64,000 bases of DNA from Epithemia pelagica (GCA_946965045.2 OX337228.1:806001-870000), one strand, 5' to 3'. Positions 50,680 through 62,950 are shown, counted from the first letter of the stretch. Translations and numbers: made by a program. The notes: a model not told the origin generated them from the sequence alone.

Positions 50680-53374
50680 CTCGGGGAGTTGGTGCTAGTA
50701 CCATTCGCTGGTGGTGGTGGCTGGGCACCGGGAAACAAAAAGACCCGCTCGGGTGGTACTGTGATAACAGACCAATCGTCTCTGGAATACGAATGGACGC
50801 CTTCTTCTTCTTGTGCCGGGTCGTCGTTCTTGTGTTGTCCCTTGTCCACAGAAGGAGTCTGTTTCAAAACAGTGGCGAGCAGCTCTCCTTCTGTACAGGA
50901 TCGGTTGCTCGTTGCTGGATCATTGCCATCATCATCATCATCCACAACATCTCCCGCATTATCCGAAGCAAACACATGTTTGCCCAAGGCACGTGTCACA
51001 TCATCGCAAAATCCAAGCAGATAGGCATCAAAGACGTAATCCTTTCGAAAATCATGATTGGCATCGGTCCCTTCGGATGGACTTTTCTTATCCGGGGCCG
51101 TAGTCTTGGTCTGGTTTGACATGGACGTCTTTCGTGGCTGTTTTGGCAACGGGTCCTCTTTGGCACAATTTGTGGTTGGAGATGGTGGATGAACGAGGGT
51201 TCGATTAATGAGAATGCGTGGTATATGAGCGGGAAGATAGGACACGACTTTGGAAATGGGTGCCACACTCAAACTCGTTCCCATGACAATCAAGGCATCG
51301 ACCTTGTGATAATCGGTTTGCAAACAACGACCCACTTGATCTTGCAGGGGTTGTCCAAAAAAGGTAATGCCCGGTTTCATGAGACCTCCACAACGGTTGG
51401 GTTCGACACGGAGTGTGGAGTTGTTGTTGTTAGTATTGTCGGGGGTACCATCCGCCTTTTTCTCTTCCCCATCATCGTCGTCGTCCGTTTGGGATTCTCG
51501 GGGTCGTTTCCGTGTTCGTCGCAAGCGTGGTGAAGGAGACGTAGCGGTTTGGGGGATATTTATTGGCTGGATGGGTGTATCGGAACCACTGGTGCTTGTC
51601 GTGGTACTAGTAGTAGTACTACTACTGGTGTTGCTCCCCGTACGGCTCATTCGTGGCGGCGGCGAGGAGGAGGAGAGTACTGGAGGACGAGCTCCTTGTC
51701 CTTGTCGTCGTCGTCGTGATTTGATGGGTTGTTTGCAATAGGCCACTTGTCCGGCCAAAATTTCGGCTTGCAATTCCTGGGCAGCCACCTTGTGGTTGCA
51801 TGAGAGACACTGGGCCCATTGCAAGGATCCATGCGCGTAGACAATCTTGTGCGAGGCAACACCGGCTCGTTCTTCCAAGGAATCCATATTTTGACTGTAC
51901 ACCCGCAACAATTGACCGCGTTGTTGCAACTCTCCCAAAAACTGGTGCGAGCGACTTGGTACCACGACTCGTGGTGGATGGGCCGTGGCGGTGGTGGGAA
52001 CAGTCGTCGTGGACGGCGTAGTCGTAGTAGTAACAGTATCAGTTGTGTGGTTGTTGTTGTTGTTGGTCATCGTGGTTGTTGTCGTCGTCGACCCAATGTC
52101 TGGCAAGGATTCTTTGGTACCGTCCGTGTGTACGGTGCTATTGTTGGTGGTGTCTGTGATTGTGGCAGGAGGATTCACCGCCGTCGTTGCCGTAAAACAG
52201 GGTTGATACAATTGATAGCGTTGGGCAAATTGATAAAAGGGTTGGGGATATTGTTGAAAAAATTCGTAATCAAACAAATCTTCGGGACACGTGACATGGT
52301 CATAGTCGCTACACTGCAAGGTTTCGTACAAGCCACTGCCGGCCGATCGAAAATCGGGAATGCCACACGAAACACTCACACCGGCTCCGGTCAAGATCAA
52401 AATGTTGTGACACCCTTGCAACCACTGAACGACCGAAGCAAAGCCTGTTGTAGATGTAGAGAGAGAGACAGATTCGAGAATGCAAGACGCACAAAAAAGT
52501 GTAAAGAGAGACAGAGAGAGTGCGTGTTGTTTGTGAGAAAACACAGGAAAAACACCAATGCACATCCTCATATAACTAAGGGAGAAAGAGTGCAACCAAG
52601 CACAACCAAAAGGGCCCAGTGTCCGACAAGGACGACAATCATCATCATCATCATCACCACCAGGAGAACCGTACACTCTCCTTTTCCTAGTATCCACTAT
52701 AGAGGAAAACATCACTCACCTTCGGCAAAGGTTGGAGTTTGACCCGACGGGTAGAGGGCAAAGGGTGGACTGGCTTTGGGGGGACGACGATGACGACGAC
52801 GACGGCACAAGGAAGAAGACGACGACGACACTTTGGGGTTCTGATGTGTTGGAGAGGTTCCATTGGTCCACTCATTCTTCTTCTTGTTGTTGTTCTTTTT
52901 TCTCGGGGTGTCGTTGGAAGGGCAAGTTGTTTGTGGCAGAGCTTTCTTCTTCTTCTTCTTTGTGTTGTGGTTGCTGCTTGTAATGGTTGGTTGCGCCAGC
53001 TGGTGTTGTGTCGTGCCTACCCGTCGTCGTTTGGTCGTCGTCGTCGTCTTTGACATGTGGCGGTTGGATGCCACGGCAACGTTGGACTGGACTCTTGCCG
53101 TCGTCGTCGTCGTTGTCGTTCGGGGTGTGGAGGGGACTGCTACTGGCTGTTGTTCCTGGAGGAGAAGCAGCCGTGCTTGTTGTTGTTGTTGTTCTTGTCG
53201 TACTCGAATCCGAGTACTTTTTCGTCGTGTCGTCGTTGGTTGTGGTGGTGGGTTCTTGGTACCATCCCTTGGTGGATCCTCCTCGTTTTCCCCATCACTG
53301 AGCTCACGGCAGAATGGTTCCGTGTGCAGACAATTCTTTGTTGTCACCATGGTCAACGACGACGACGACGACAT
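50676..53374 (-). CDS. Class I NAD-dependent deacetylase (SIRT1/Sir2-like); 2 exons
   Basis: TGAGVSVSCGIPDFRS, EDLFD, YSQNMDSLE, HGS, Zn ribbon CLSC...C...C, MKPGITFFG, GTSLSVAP, ILINR, LLGFCDD. Exon 53374-52720 joins exon 52444-50676 through a phase-1 GT-AG intron at 52719-52445. Confidence 0.92.
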
Positions 53375-53923
53375 GACACAACGAAAAAACAGAATCCGAG
53401 AAAAAAAGTGCGTGGGGTTTGCGCGGAATAAATCTTACTCCCTAGCTTTCGTTTCTCTGTGATGTCGTGATTCCCTTATGAAACAAATGTGAAATGCGAT
53501 CGAAACGCGAATTCATCCAACCGATGGGAAGTACGAATCGACAGTTTCGCGATAGCTACCGAGTATCTCCTCCAACTATACTCTCTCTCGCTCTACAACT
53601 ACCAGAGCTTTGGTCCAATGGGTTCCAATGCATCCTACCTCTTATCTATTATTATAAGTAGAGATTGCAATCCAGGTTTGTTCCGGCCGCCATGGATGGT
53701 GAGTGCAGGACCACCACCACCATCTTGTTTGAATCTTTTGTGCCGAGAGTTCTACTCTACACTCCACGACGACGACGACATGTCATGTGTGTGTGTGTGG
53801 TTGTTCTCTTTGTGGTGTCATCCTATGTGGATTGTGATTATTCTGCTACTGTCTGTGTGTGTGTGCGTATATCTATCCTTACAGAGATTATCTTGTGTTG
53901 TTGTGGTTGTGGTCGTTCTTCTG

Positions 53924-55081
53924 TTACAGTTGGCTCAATTTTTCCCACGCCACTTGTCCAATGGCGGCATCTTGAGCGCCGGTTCCGGTCAAATCCACGA
54001 CAATGAGTTCGTCGCCTTCCCGTCCCGGTTTGGTCCCATTCACCACTTGTCCCAATTCGGCGTACACGTCGTCCGTCGTCATGACCCCGGCTTGAATGGC
54101 GCCCCGCAATTCTCCCACCTTGCTCGTTTGTTTCGTCAAGTCACTAATATACTTGCTGGCCTTCAAAACGGTATTGGGAATTTCTTGTTTGGTCGGTTGA
54201 TCGCTGCCCGAGGCAATAATGGTCGTTCCGGGTTGCAACCAGTCCAATTCCAAGACGGTTTGACTGCCGGGCGTTTGGGTAAAAATGACGGTACTGGCTT
54301 GACACAGGGCTTGCGCCGACTCGGCCACGTGCACGTCCATTTGCAATTCAGTGGACATTTCCTGGGCAAACTCCTCGGCCCCGGCCAGTCCAAAGACGAC
54401 GGCCTTCATATTCGGTCGGACCGCCTGGGCGGCGCGAGCCATGTTGCGGGCAATGGCACCGGCACCAATAAATCCCACGGTCAAACTATCGGAATTGTCG
54501 GCATCGTGTTCGGGACAGGTATACTTGACAGCGACGGCACCGGCGGCGCCCGTCCGCAAATCGGTCATGAAGCGATTTTCTTGCATCACGGCCAGGGGCG
54601 CACCCGTCACAGCATCGACGACACAAAACAAGCCACTGCCCGGTGGCAAATGTTGTTGCACGTTCTTGTAAAACGAGACACAGGCCAGTTTGACGGTAAA
54701 GGTGGGAGCGCCCAGCACGTAACCGCCTTTAATGTGACAATCGCCCGGTCCGGCCGTGGCCGTTTCGTGGATACCAATGTGCATGGGCATGGGGACATCG
54801 ACCTTGCCTTCCGCCAAGGCCCCAAAGGCTTGTTCGACCGACTCAATCGCGTCCGTCACACTCAAATGAGACGTGACCGTTTCGTAATCAAACAAGCGAG
54901 GAGCCGGAAAGGTGGCCAGGCTGCGGCGGGTTTGTGGGTGTGGTTGGTAGTGTTGGTGTGGGGGTTGGGATGATGTACATGCACCCAACATGGACGACGA
55001 GGGAGATCGCCGCAACAAGCATGAGTGGCGGCCCAGTTTGGACCAGAGAGACGACGACGAAGAACGCGATACCAAGCTCAT
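53924..55081 (-). CDS. OCD: Ornithine cyclodeaminase / mu-crystallin family protein with an organelle-targeting-like N-terminus
   Basis: TDLRTGAAGA, Rossmann motif GFIGAGAIA, ASGSD, VVDLTGTGAQDAAI. The Arg/Ser-rich, acid-free N-terminus suggests a mitochondrial presequence. Confidence 0.92.
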   Translation of the reverse strand: MSLVSRSSSSSLWSKLGRHSCLLRRSPSSSMLGACTSSQPPHQHYQPHPQTRRSLATFPAPRLFDYETVTSHLSVTDAIESVEQAFGALAEGKVDVPMPMHIGIHETATAGPGDCHIKGGYVLGAPTFTVKLACVSFYKNVQQHLPPGSGLFCVVDAVTGAPLAVMQENRFMTDLRTGAAGAVAVKYTCPEHDADNSDSLTVGFIGAGAIARNMARAAQAVRPNMKAVVFGLAGAEEFAQEMSTELQMDVHVAESAQALCQASTVIFTQTPGSQTVLELDWLQPGTTIIASGSDQPTKQEIPNTVLKASKYISDLTKQTSKVGELRGAIQAGVMTTDDVYAELGQVVNGTKPGREGDELIVVDLTGTGAQDAAIGQVAWEKLSQL

Positions 55082-55173
55082 GGTGATACAGGATGATGAT
55101 GGACAGTGTCAAGAATCCAGAATGATCGAATAGAGAGAAGTGAGAAAAGAGAGGTGAGAAAGATACGGTGCAT

Positions 55174-55220
55174 ACGTCATAGGATATCGTGACGTCACGA
55201 GGATGTCACGATGACGTCAC
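55174..55220. promoter_or_regulatory. Cluster of TGACGT(CA) motifs, including the 14-bp palindrome TCGTGACGTCACGA, in the OCD/PP5 divergent promoter
   Basis: ACGTCA at 55174, TCGTGACGTCACGA at 55187-55200, TGACGTCA at 55212-55219. Confidence 0.6.
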
Positions 55221-55550
55221 CTCCCAATACTCTTCTGTATATAGATGTACACTATATCCAATATTGGAGGATCTTTTTAAAATCGTGTACACATTGGTCC
55301 GTACTGGTTTCGTGACTGACCATTCTCGGACGGTGGACAGACGGCTTTGGATTTGGATTTTTTTTGTGGACCATGAAGAAATTCCGCCGTCGTCTGGTGT
55401 TAGTTTTTGGCGGTTCCTTCCGTGGTGTGTCAAAGCAACTATTCAAGGGCACACAACCTTTGGGTATTACAGAGACGTGCATCTGTACGAGAGAGAGAGA
55501 GCTTCCCACAAACACTGGAGCAAAGGCACACGTAGAACGAACCAACCACA

Positions 55551-57176
55551 ATGGCGGCCGAGTCTTTTTCCTCCTCGGAACCCACCCCTCCTCCTCCTGC
55601 GGACAGTAGTAGTGCGGAACAATCGGCCTTGGCGTTAAAAGACGCGGGCAATGTGGAATTGCAAAAGGGTCATTATTTGCAAGCCATTCAATTGTATTCG
55701 GAAGGGTTGGAATTGAGTCCGCAGAATGCCGTCCTCTTGTCCAATCGGGCCTTGTCCTACCTCAAGATTGAAAATTATGGCTTGGCCTTGCAGGATGCCG
55801 ATGCGGCCATTGCCAGTGACGGGCAATACGCCAAGGCCTATTACCGCCGTGCGTCGGCCAATTTTGCTCTGAATCATTTCAAGTTGGCCCGTAAGGATTT
55901 TCGAACCGTCTGTCAACTCAAACCCAAGGATCGCGATGCCCGTTCCAAATTACAGGAATGTGAAAAGGCGGTCCGGGAAGAAGCCTTTTCCAAAGCCATT
56001 GAAGCGGAGCAAACACAACCCCTGTCGGCCACGTACAATCCAGATGTCCTTGAAATTCCAGCGTCCTATGAGGGACCCAAACCCACGACGACGACCACGT
56101 CGTTGGACGAAGAAGTGGCCTTGTTTGAACCAGGTCAATTGCCGCGCGAGTTTTGCTTGTCCTGTGTTGAATGGATGAAGTCCCAAAAACAAGTGCACAA
56201 ACGATTTGTCGCGCGAACTCTCCTGTCCTGTCGGGCCTTGTTTGCGACCACGTCGAGTTTGATGCGCATTGAGATTCCCGTCCATGCTCCGGATGCCACC
56301 CAACTCTGGCCGAATGACAAGGACAATGACACGACAAGGGATCGGACGGCTCCCGTCCAACCACGAATTACCGTGTGTGGTGATACGCATGGTCAATATT
56401 ACGATTTACTCAATATTTTTCAGCTCAATGGCTTTCCCCATCGGACCAATCCCTACTTGTTCAATGGCGACTTTGTCGATCGGGGCTCCTTTTCGGTCGA
56501 AGTTATTTTGACCTTGCTCCTCTTTAAATTGTCCGATCCTGCCTGTATTTATTTGACGCGGGGCAATCACGAAACCAAGAATATGAATCGCATCTATGGC
56601 TTTGAAGGCGAGGTCAAGGCCAAGTACGATGACACGATCTTTCGACTCTTTTTAGAAGTCTTTGAATGGTTGCCCCTGTCGGCCGTCATTGCCAACAAGG
56701 TCTTTTGTACCCACGGGGGATTGCCCACGGACCCGACGGTAACCTTGGAGGATATTGCCGCCATTCCCCGGGGCATGGAACCTCCGGAATCGGGCTTGAT
56801 GAGTGACTTGTTGTGGAGCGATCCTCAACCCTTTCCGGGAAAATCGCCCTCGAAACGAGGAGTGGGATTTTCCTTTGGACCCGACATTGCCGAGGCCTTT
56901 TTGAATCGCAATGGCTTGCAACTCTTGGTGCGCAGTCACGAAGTCAAGGAAGAAGGCTACTTGGTGGAACATGGCGGCAAGACGATTACCGTCTTTTCGG
57001 CACCCAATTATTGCGATACCATGGGCAATAAGGGCGCCTTTATTCACTTTCATGGTGGTGAAAGTAGTAGTAGTAGTAGTATCTTGGAACCGGTCTACAC
57101 CCAATTTGAGGCGGTGCCCCATCCCAATGTCAAACCCATGGCCTATGCGGCCGGGATGGGCGGCTTGTTTACCTAA
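55551..57176 (+). CDS. PP5: Serine/threonine protein phosphatase 5 (TPR + PPP catalytic domain), 541 aa
   Basis: Three N-terminal TPRs (KDAGN..., SNRALSYLK, KAYYRRA); PPP motifs GDTHGQ, GDFVDRG, RGNHE, HGG, DLLWSDP, RSHE, SAPNY; C-terminal VPHPNVKPMAY. Confidence 0.98.
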   Translation: MAAESFSSSEPTPPPPADSSSAEQSALALKDAGNVELQKGHYLQAIQLYSEGLELSPQNAVLLSNRALSYLKIENYGLALQDADAAIASDGQYAKAYYRRASANFALNHFKLARKDFRTVCQLKPKDRDARSKLQECEKAVREEAFSKAIEAEQTQPLSATYNPDVLEIPASYEGPKPTTTTTSLDEEVALFEPGQLPREFCLSCVEWMKSQKQVHKRFVARTLLSCRALFATTSSLMRIEIPVHAPDATQLWPNDKDNDTTRDRTAPVQPRITVCGDTHGQYYDLLNIFQLNGFPHRTNPYLFNGDFVDRGSFSVEVILTLLLFKLSDPACIYLTRGNHETKNMNRIYGFEGEVKAKYDDTIFRLFLEVFEWLPLSAVIANKVFCTHGGLPTDPTVTLEDIAAIPRGMEPPESGLMSDLLWSDPQPFPGKSPSKRGVGFSFGPDIAEAFLNRNGLQLLVRSHEVKEEGYLVEHGGKTITVFSAPNYCDTMGNKGAFIHFHGGESSSSSSILEPVYTQFEAVPHPNVKPMAYAAGMGGLFT

Positions 57177-57590
57177 CAACACACAACGCATGACGAAACA
57201 CACACACACACACACGAGAGCACACCACTACTGCCTCTTCCAAACTGCTACAAAGGCAACCAGGAACCAAGTGTACAAAGTTATAATAAGAAAGGGAGAT
57301 GGGTGTGTTGGTAGTTAGTCCCTTGGGAGGTACGGTAATAGTTAGCTTCTCCTCTATTGTAGCTATGGCGTAGTCGTGAGTTGAGGTGCAGTAGCCGATC
57401 TGAACTACTCCCAAGATTTCCTGGATTTCTGATATAGAGTTAAAGTCGTTTAAGTATAGTACTCCATCTTCTGGGGATTTCGTCCACCTTGAGATTTGGG
57501 CGCCTCTCCCTTGTCCATGACAAGAAGAGAACAGAGCGAGAGCGACCACAACAGCACAGCTTGTAGGAGAATTGGGAGAAGGATTTCATC

Positions 57591-60491
57591 ATGTCGAACG
57601 CAAGGAAACTTCAAAGTAAGTGTTCGCTTGAACAGTTCGAGGAGAAGAGGGAGAGGACGAGAAGCCAGATCTTCTTGTATGGTTGCTGCGAACGACGGCG
57701 ATTGGTGTGACGACCATGGAATGGGGTTTCACGCGCATCATCAAGTCCACTCTCAAAGAGAAGGGAACGAGAAGGTGATTTGTTTCAATCGGCCGTATAA
57801 AAAAGGGCAGTCTCTATCGTCCAAGATTCATTCCCTGGGTCCAGGAACATGCTCCAGTGAAGATGATGAAACCGTCTTGTGTCGCGTTTCCTTCAACAAT
57901 CCAAGCCTTGAAGGAAGTGTTATCACCATGTTGAAGCTTCTCGGCGGATCGGAAAACTTTGAACGCAATGACAAAGAAGCCATCAACAGTTTATTCTCGA
58001 TTTGTGGCGCTCGAAATGATTGGGGAGCTTCCCCTGGTCTTTTGGTACCAGTAGAGTTCTGACACGTGTTGCGTTTCATCGTTTGTTTGTTTCTTTCTTT
58101 CTTTTTTTCATCCTCTGTATTACTCTCTCATCATCACAACAATAGCGGAGATTGAAAGATGTATGAAGAAGGTGGATGAGGGCGTAGAGCTCTTTGATGA
58201 GATATGGGAAAAGGTGTATTCCGCCGAGCAACAAAATCAAAAGGAAAAGTATGAAATGGATTTGAAGAAGGAAATCAAAAAGTTGCAACGACAACGAGAT
58301 CAAATCAAAACCTGGATTAGTAGCTCCGAAGTCAAAGACAAAGACCCACTTATCGAGGCCCGAAAACTCATTGAATCCAAGATGGAACAGTTCAAAATAT
58401 GTGAAAAGGAAACCAAAACAAAAACGTACTCCAAGGAGGGTTTGGCGCGAGAGGATAAACTTGATCCAGAAGAAGAAGCAAAATTGAATACTACTACTTG
58501 GTTGGGCGAGTACATTGAAAAGTTCAATTCAGAGTTGGAAGAGAAAGATTTTGAAATCGAGAAGCTGTCGTCGGGGAAAGGGAAAAAGAGTCACAAGAAC
58601 CACTTGGATGCTCTGGCACAACATGTTGCAAATCACAAGTTTCACATTTCGAAATTAGAGGGAATCATTCGGCTTGTCAATAATGATCGATTGGACGTGG
58701 AAGTTGTCGATCCTTTAAAGGAAGACTTGGATTACTACTTGGAATCTTATCAAGATGATGATTATGCACAAGCGTACGACGAGGACTACTTTTACGAGGC
58801 ACTCGGTTTGGATGACTTGGACATTGTCAATGTTGATCACGTTACTCAATCCAATATTTCGTCTTCGTCTGGGGGAGGCACAAGTCAAAACACTGCGACT
58901 GGCAACGGAAACAAGAAATCCGATGACGCAACCTCGACAAGCAGCCGGGGCTCAAACAACACCAAGAAGTCCACCAAGAAATCCTCCATGTCGTCTGTTA
59001 TTCCTCTCACAATCGGCAGAGCGAGATCGAAACAAGAAAAGACGGAAAAGTCATCCAAGTCTCAACCAAACAAAGATCATCATCACGACGACAAGGCGGC
59101 GGCTTCGACAGGCGCCGCCAATTCATCTTCCACCAATGCTGCGACGACTCCGAACAAGATTGCTCGAGCTTCCTCTACCGCCAACAACACTGCGAAAACA
59201 GTGTTGGCCGCTCCCACATCGACGACTACCCAACCCCCAGGAACCAGCATGGCTGCTATCCTGAAGCGAGAAAGTGAGCAACAAGAAAAGGAACGACAGC
59301 AAAAGGTACGCCTTGGCGCTTCGGAATCCGGAATCCTTTGTATCATCAGCCCTTCTTATTCGGATGTTTGTTTGTGTTGTCATCCCTCTGGTTTTTTAGC
59401 TTCTTCGAGAACAACAGGCGAAAGCTCAGGCTGCTGCCGCAGAGCAACTGCGACAACAGCAGCAGCAACAGGCACAACTTGCCGTCCAAAGACAACAACA
59501 GGAGGCTCTGAGACAACAGGAAGCCCTAAGAGCAAAGCAACAACAAGCGCAAGCAGAGGCCCTTCGTCAGCAGCAAGAATCTCAGCTACGTCAACAAGAG
59601 GAAGAGTCAGCCGCATCTGCCGCAGCACATCAACAGCAACACTCGTCCGACCCCCAGCAGCAGCAGCAGCAACAACAACAGCAAACGTCGCAAGCGCCAT
59701 CGCAGCAGCAATTGCAACAACCACAACTGCAACAACAACAAGCATCGAGGGTCCCATCAGCAGATATTACGGAAGGTTCAGGCCAGGGATCTTCGACTAA
59801 CAGTTCCTTTGGAAACCAACAGACTCTGGCAGGTCTTCCCAAGACATCACAGAACCAAAACATTGGTCAGTCCAACGGCAGCAACAACAACAACAACAAC
59901 TCTCCGATTGGTATCCTGACATCCGGTTTGGGTGGACTGGGATTGGGAGGTGCGGCGACTGCTCGTCCGGTGGGTGAGACTGCGGCAGTTTCCGCGGCTG
60001 TGGGAACAAACGCAGCAGCCGAAGCCAATCGCCTTGGCGCAGCTGGTCGACCGTCTTCGTCCTATGTGTCTTCGGCGTTGAGCGATTCCTTTGCCGCGGT
60101 TCCACACATGGTGGATCACGAACGCTCGACACAATACGTTCCCCAGAACCCGTATCATTCAACTCCCCCATCATACCCCACGACGCCGTCCCCGATTCTG
60201 GACAAGCCCGAGATTTTTGAAAAGTTGGGGACCGACGCTTTGTTCTTTGTCTTTTACTATGCCCAAGGATCGTATCAACAATACTTGGCGGCTCGAGAAT
60301 TGAAGAAGCAAAGTTGGCGATTCCACAAAAAGTACATGACTTGGTTCCAACGTCATGAAGAACCCCAAATTACGACCGAGGAATACGAACAAGGTACCTA
60401 TGTGTATTTTGACTACGAAACGGGTTGGTGTACTCGCATCAAGACAGACTTTCGGTTTGAATACTCGTATTTAGAGGATTCGCTGCAGTAA
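57591..60491 (+). CDS. NOT3: CCR4-NOT subunit NOT3/NOT5; 3 exons, about 758 aa
   Basis: Micro-exon 57591-57615 (MSNARKLQ) plus exon 58146-59305 gives MSNARKLQTEIERCMKKVDEG, the conserved Not3 N-terminus. Introns are 57616-58145 and 59306-59399 (GT-AG, phases match). C-terminal NOT box LFFVFYY...QQYLAARELKKQSWRFHKKYMTWFQRH...YVYFDYE. Confidence 0.96.
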
Positions 60492-61154
60492 GGGACTCAT
60501 CGTTCGTTAGAAATAAAATAAGCATTGCTGCATGGTGGGTTCGATTTGTGATTTTGCGTTATACGGGAGCTTATACTATTCGCTGCTTGACAGTTTTTCT
60601 AGGTGTTGTGCTTGTGTGGGCCGTTCCCATCGCACCGAAACAACAGCATATCCGTAGCTGTCCTTCAAATATGGCGCCGAAATAGGTTGGCAGAGATTGT
60701 TTGTGGACTGAGGTCGTTTTGTGGTGTTTTGAGCAATAATTCGAGAGATTAGGTAGATTTGCCATTTCCAATTTCCAAGGGATAGTGGCAACTCCCGTGA
60801 GGTCCATGATCTATACAACACGCTAGACAGAAAATGCTCGAATTCCTTCGACATCCAAGATCGAGTCGCCCCTAACCCTACACCAACCGTTGTTGCCCGT
60901 TGCACGTCTCACAGTCTCAACAAAACCCCAGAGAACAGTGTTCCAAAATTACGAGGCGACGCAGTAGCATCGTCAATATTCAAACAGTTCCCCCCAAAGG
61001 CGTGGTGCACTCTTTATTGCTGCACTAAAAACGCAGAAATTTTCCCTCTCTCCTCCTTCGACTCGAATAACGAATACTCTGCTGCTCGCCGCAACGTTTC
61101 ATGGTATGAGAAGAAGGTGCCGCCGTCCAGAAAACTATTTTCTCAGCATTCCTT

Positions 61155-62338
61155 TTAGTATTGGGTTTGCTGGAAGTGTTGCTGGTGTTGGCAAGGGGAT
61201 CCAATGGCCGTTGCCGATCCAGGTCCACCAAAAGTGGTGGTCGTTGTTGTGGTGACTGGATGATGATGAGGAGGAGGCGGATTGTGCAGGCTTGGACTCT
61301 CACTCCGCCTCGTGGAGCAAGAATCGTTCTTATTGTGAAGATGATGAGGAGGAGGAAGAGGAGGGAGATCGTTAAGACATATAAACATCATCCCAAGCCC
61401 CAGAGGGTACTTGTTGGGTTTGAGTTCAACAAGTCTCCTTGCGAAGTCAAAAGTCGAACCTTTGTAGATCTCAGTTGCAGTGGCAATTAAAATATCACTC
61501 TTTCCCGTGGCACTTTTGCGATTCCGATGCACTCTTGGGAGTTTCGCACCAGTAACGGCTTTCCAATCATACGGACTGCTCGAACTCGAAATTTTGTTGC
61601 AGCCATTCAAACCTTAAGTATACCCCCATGTTTGCCCTTATTCAATGTCTCTCATCCCGTTGTCGTTCGAACAGTCCAGTTGCACGGCTGGGGAGCTTGA
61701 AAGGACCCGCTGGAATGAACTACGTCGTCCGTCCAAGGATGCTTGATATGATAAGAGGAAAGAAATGACTCTGCCCAGTCCGTAAAAGCCTTCGACGTGT
61801 CCTTGTGTTGGGTTCTATCATCCTTCTCACTTCTCACATACATCTCCAAATTCCTTGGCTTGTCACGCAGTCTATTTTAGGAATCCAAATTAGACTGATA
61901 GTTTACATGTTCGCAAAGAGAAGTTCCAAAATAAATTCAACAAGACACGAACGAACCCAATCTGAAACACTTCGTACCATTTACTTTCTGTGGGGGACCC
62001 AATGTGTATACGTGCCACCGTTCGGTGGAACCACAATCCGCGCATCCATGCACGACACAAAGGCATGTGAAAGCACGCTCCGATAAAATACCAAGTTCCA
62101 CAGAACGAAATATATACATGTTTGAACTTTTCGCCGACTCCAAGAATTGTGTACATGTTCCGTCGTCGGACATTATAAAAGCAAACGGCGCTCCTTCTTG
62201 GGTGACCTGGTTGACCACCTTGGGCTTGAATTGAGTGCCCAAACTCATCGCTTGTGGAAAATAGGAAATCCGATTCGTCTGACTCTTTGAATCCCTCATT
62301 GATAAGGGTCTTTGCTGCCATCTCCACATCGTCCTCAT
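61155..62338 (-). other. Unresolved minus-strand ORF fragments (possible multi-exon or degenerate gene)
   Basis: Several adjacent 65-150-codon ORFs with some candidate splice sites, but I could not build a consistent model or recognise a family. Confidence 0.25.
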
Positions 62339-62950
62339 CGACCTGTCACTTTCTCGACCATTCGTTCAACTCTTTGACTGCGTAAAACTTCACGTTGTCT
62401 AGGTAGTGAGGCCGTCCCTTTTGCATCGACCAAGCCAAACCTGAAGCGTGACACGTCATCAAAAACCCGGCAATATGACGTCAAATCCGGGTTGTCGGAT
62501 CGTTCAACTTTGGTCGACCGTACGAGAGTAGGAGTAATTGCCATCCACAAACAAACGCACAACAACGACCACACGGAAGAGCGAGAGACGAGATTGCTAC
62601 AAACAAAAGGACGTCTCTAGAGAAAGAGAGAGAGAGAGAGAAGTGACGATTCGCAGTATAGTACTCGATTGATCGCATCGTTGGATCGGCTCCAGAACCT
62701 CTTTTGCACGCCTCATCTTGTTTGTCGGTCGCGCCATCCTCAAGTCCATTTTCCATTTCTTCTTTCCTGTGTGTGTTTGACATATATATTATAAACCACC
62801 CATCAAAAGTCACAATTGTATTGATCTCTTGTCCAGATCTTGGCCTATCGAAAACAGTCGTCACACCGATATTTTATTAACACCAACGCAAGAAAAAATC
62901 ACCACCACTTCAACGACTTTTCCATATTCACCAACACCACCACCACCACA

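Noticed and set aside
50680-50701. 22-nt GT-AG 'intron' that would restore the sirtuin-ZZ frame
   Set aside because: Far shorter than the other introns here (76 bp or more); an indel or duplication is the simpler explanation.
52445-52715. Hydrophobic N-terminal part of the 679-aa sirtuin ORF
   Set aside because: Lies inside the predicted intron (CT-rich tract); not a real membrane segment.
57169-58079. ORFs 57169-57549, 57496-58062 and 57828-58079
   Set aside because: They fall in the NOT3 upstream region and first intron and have no recognisable motifs.
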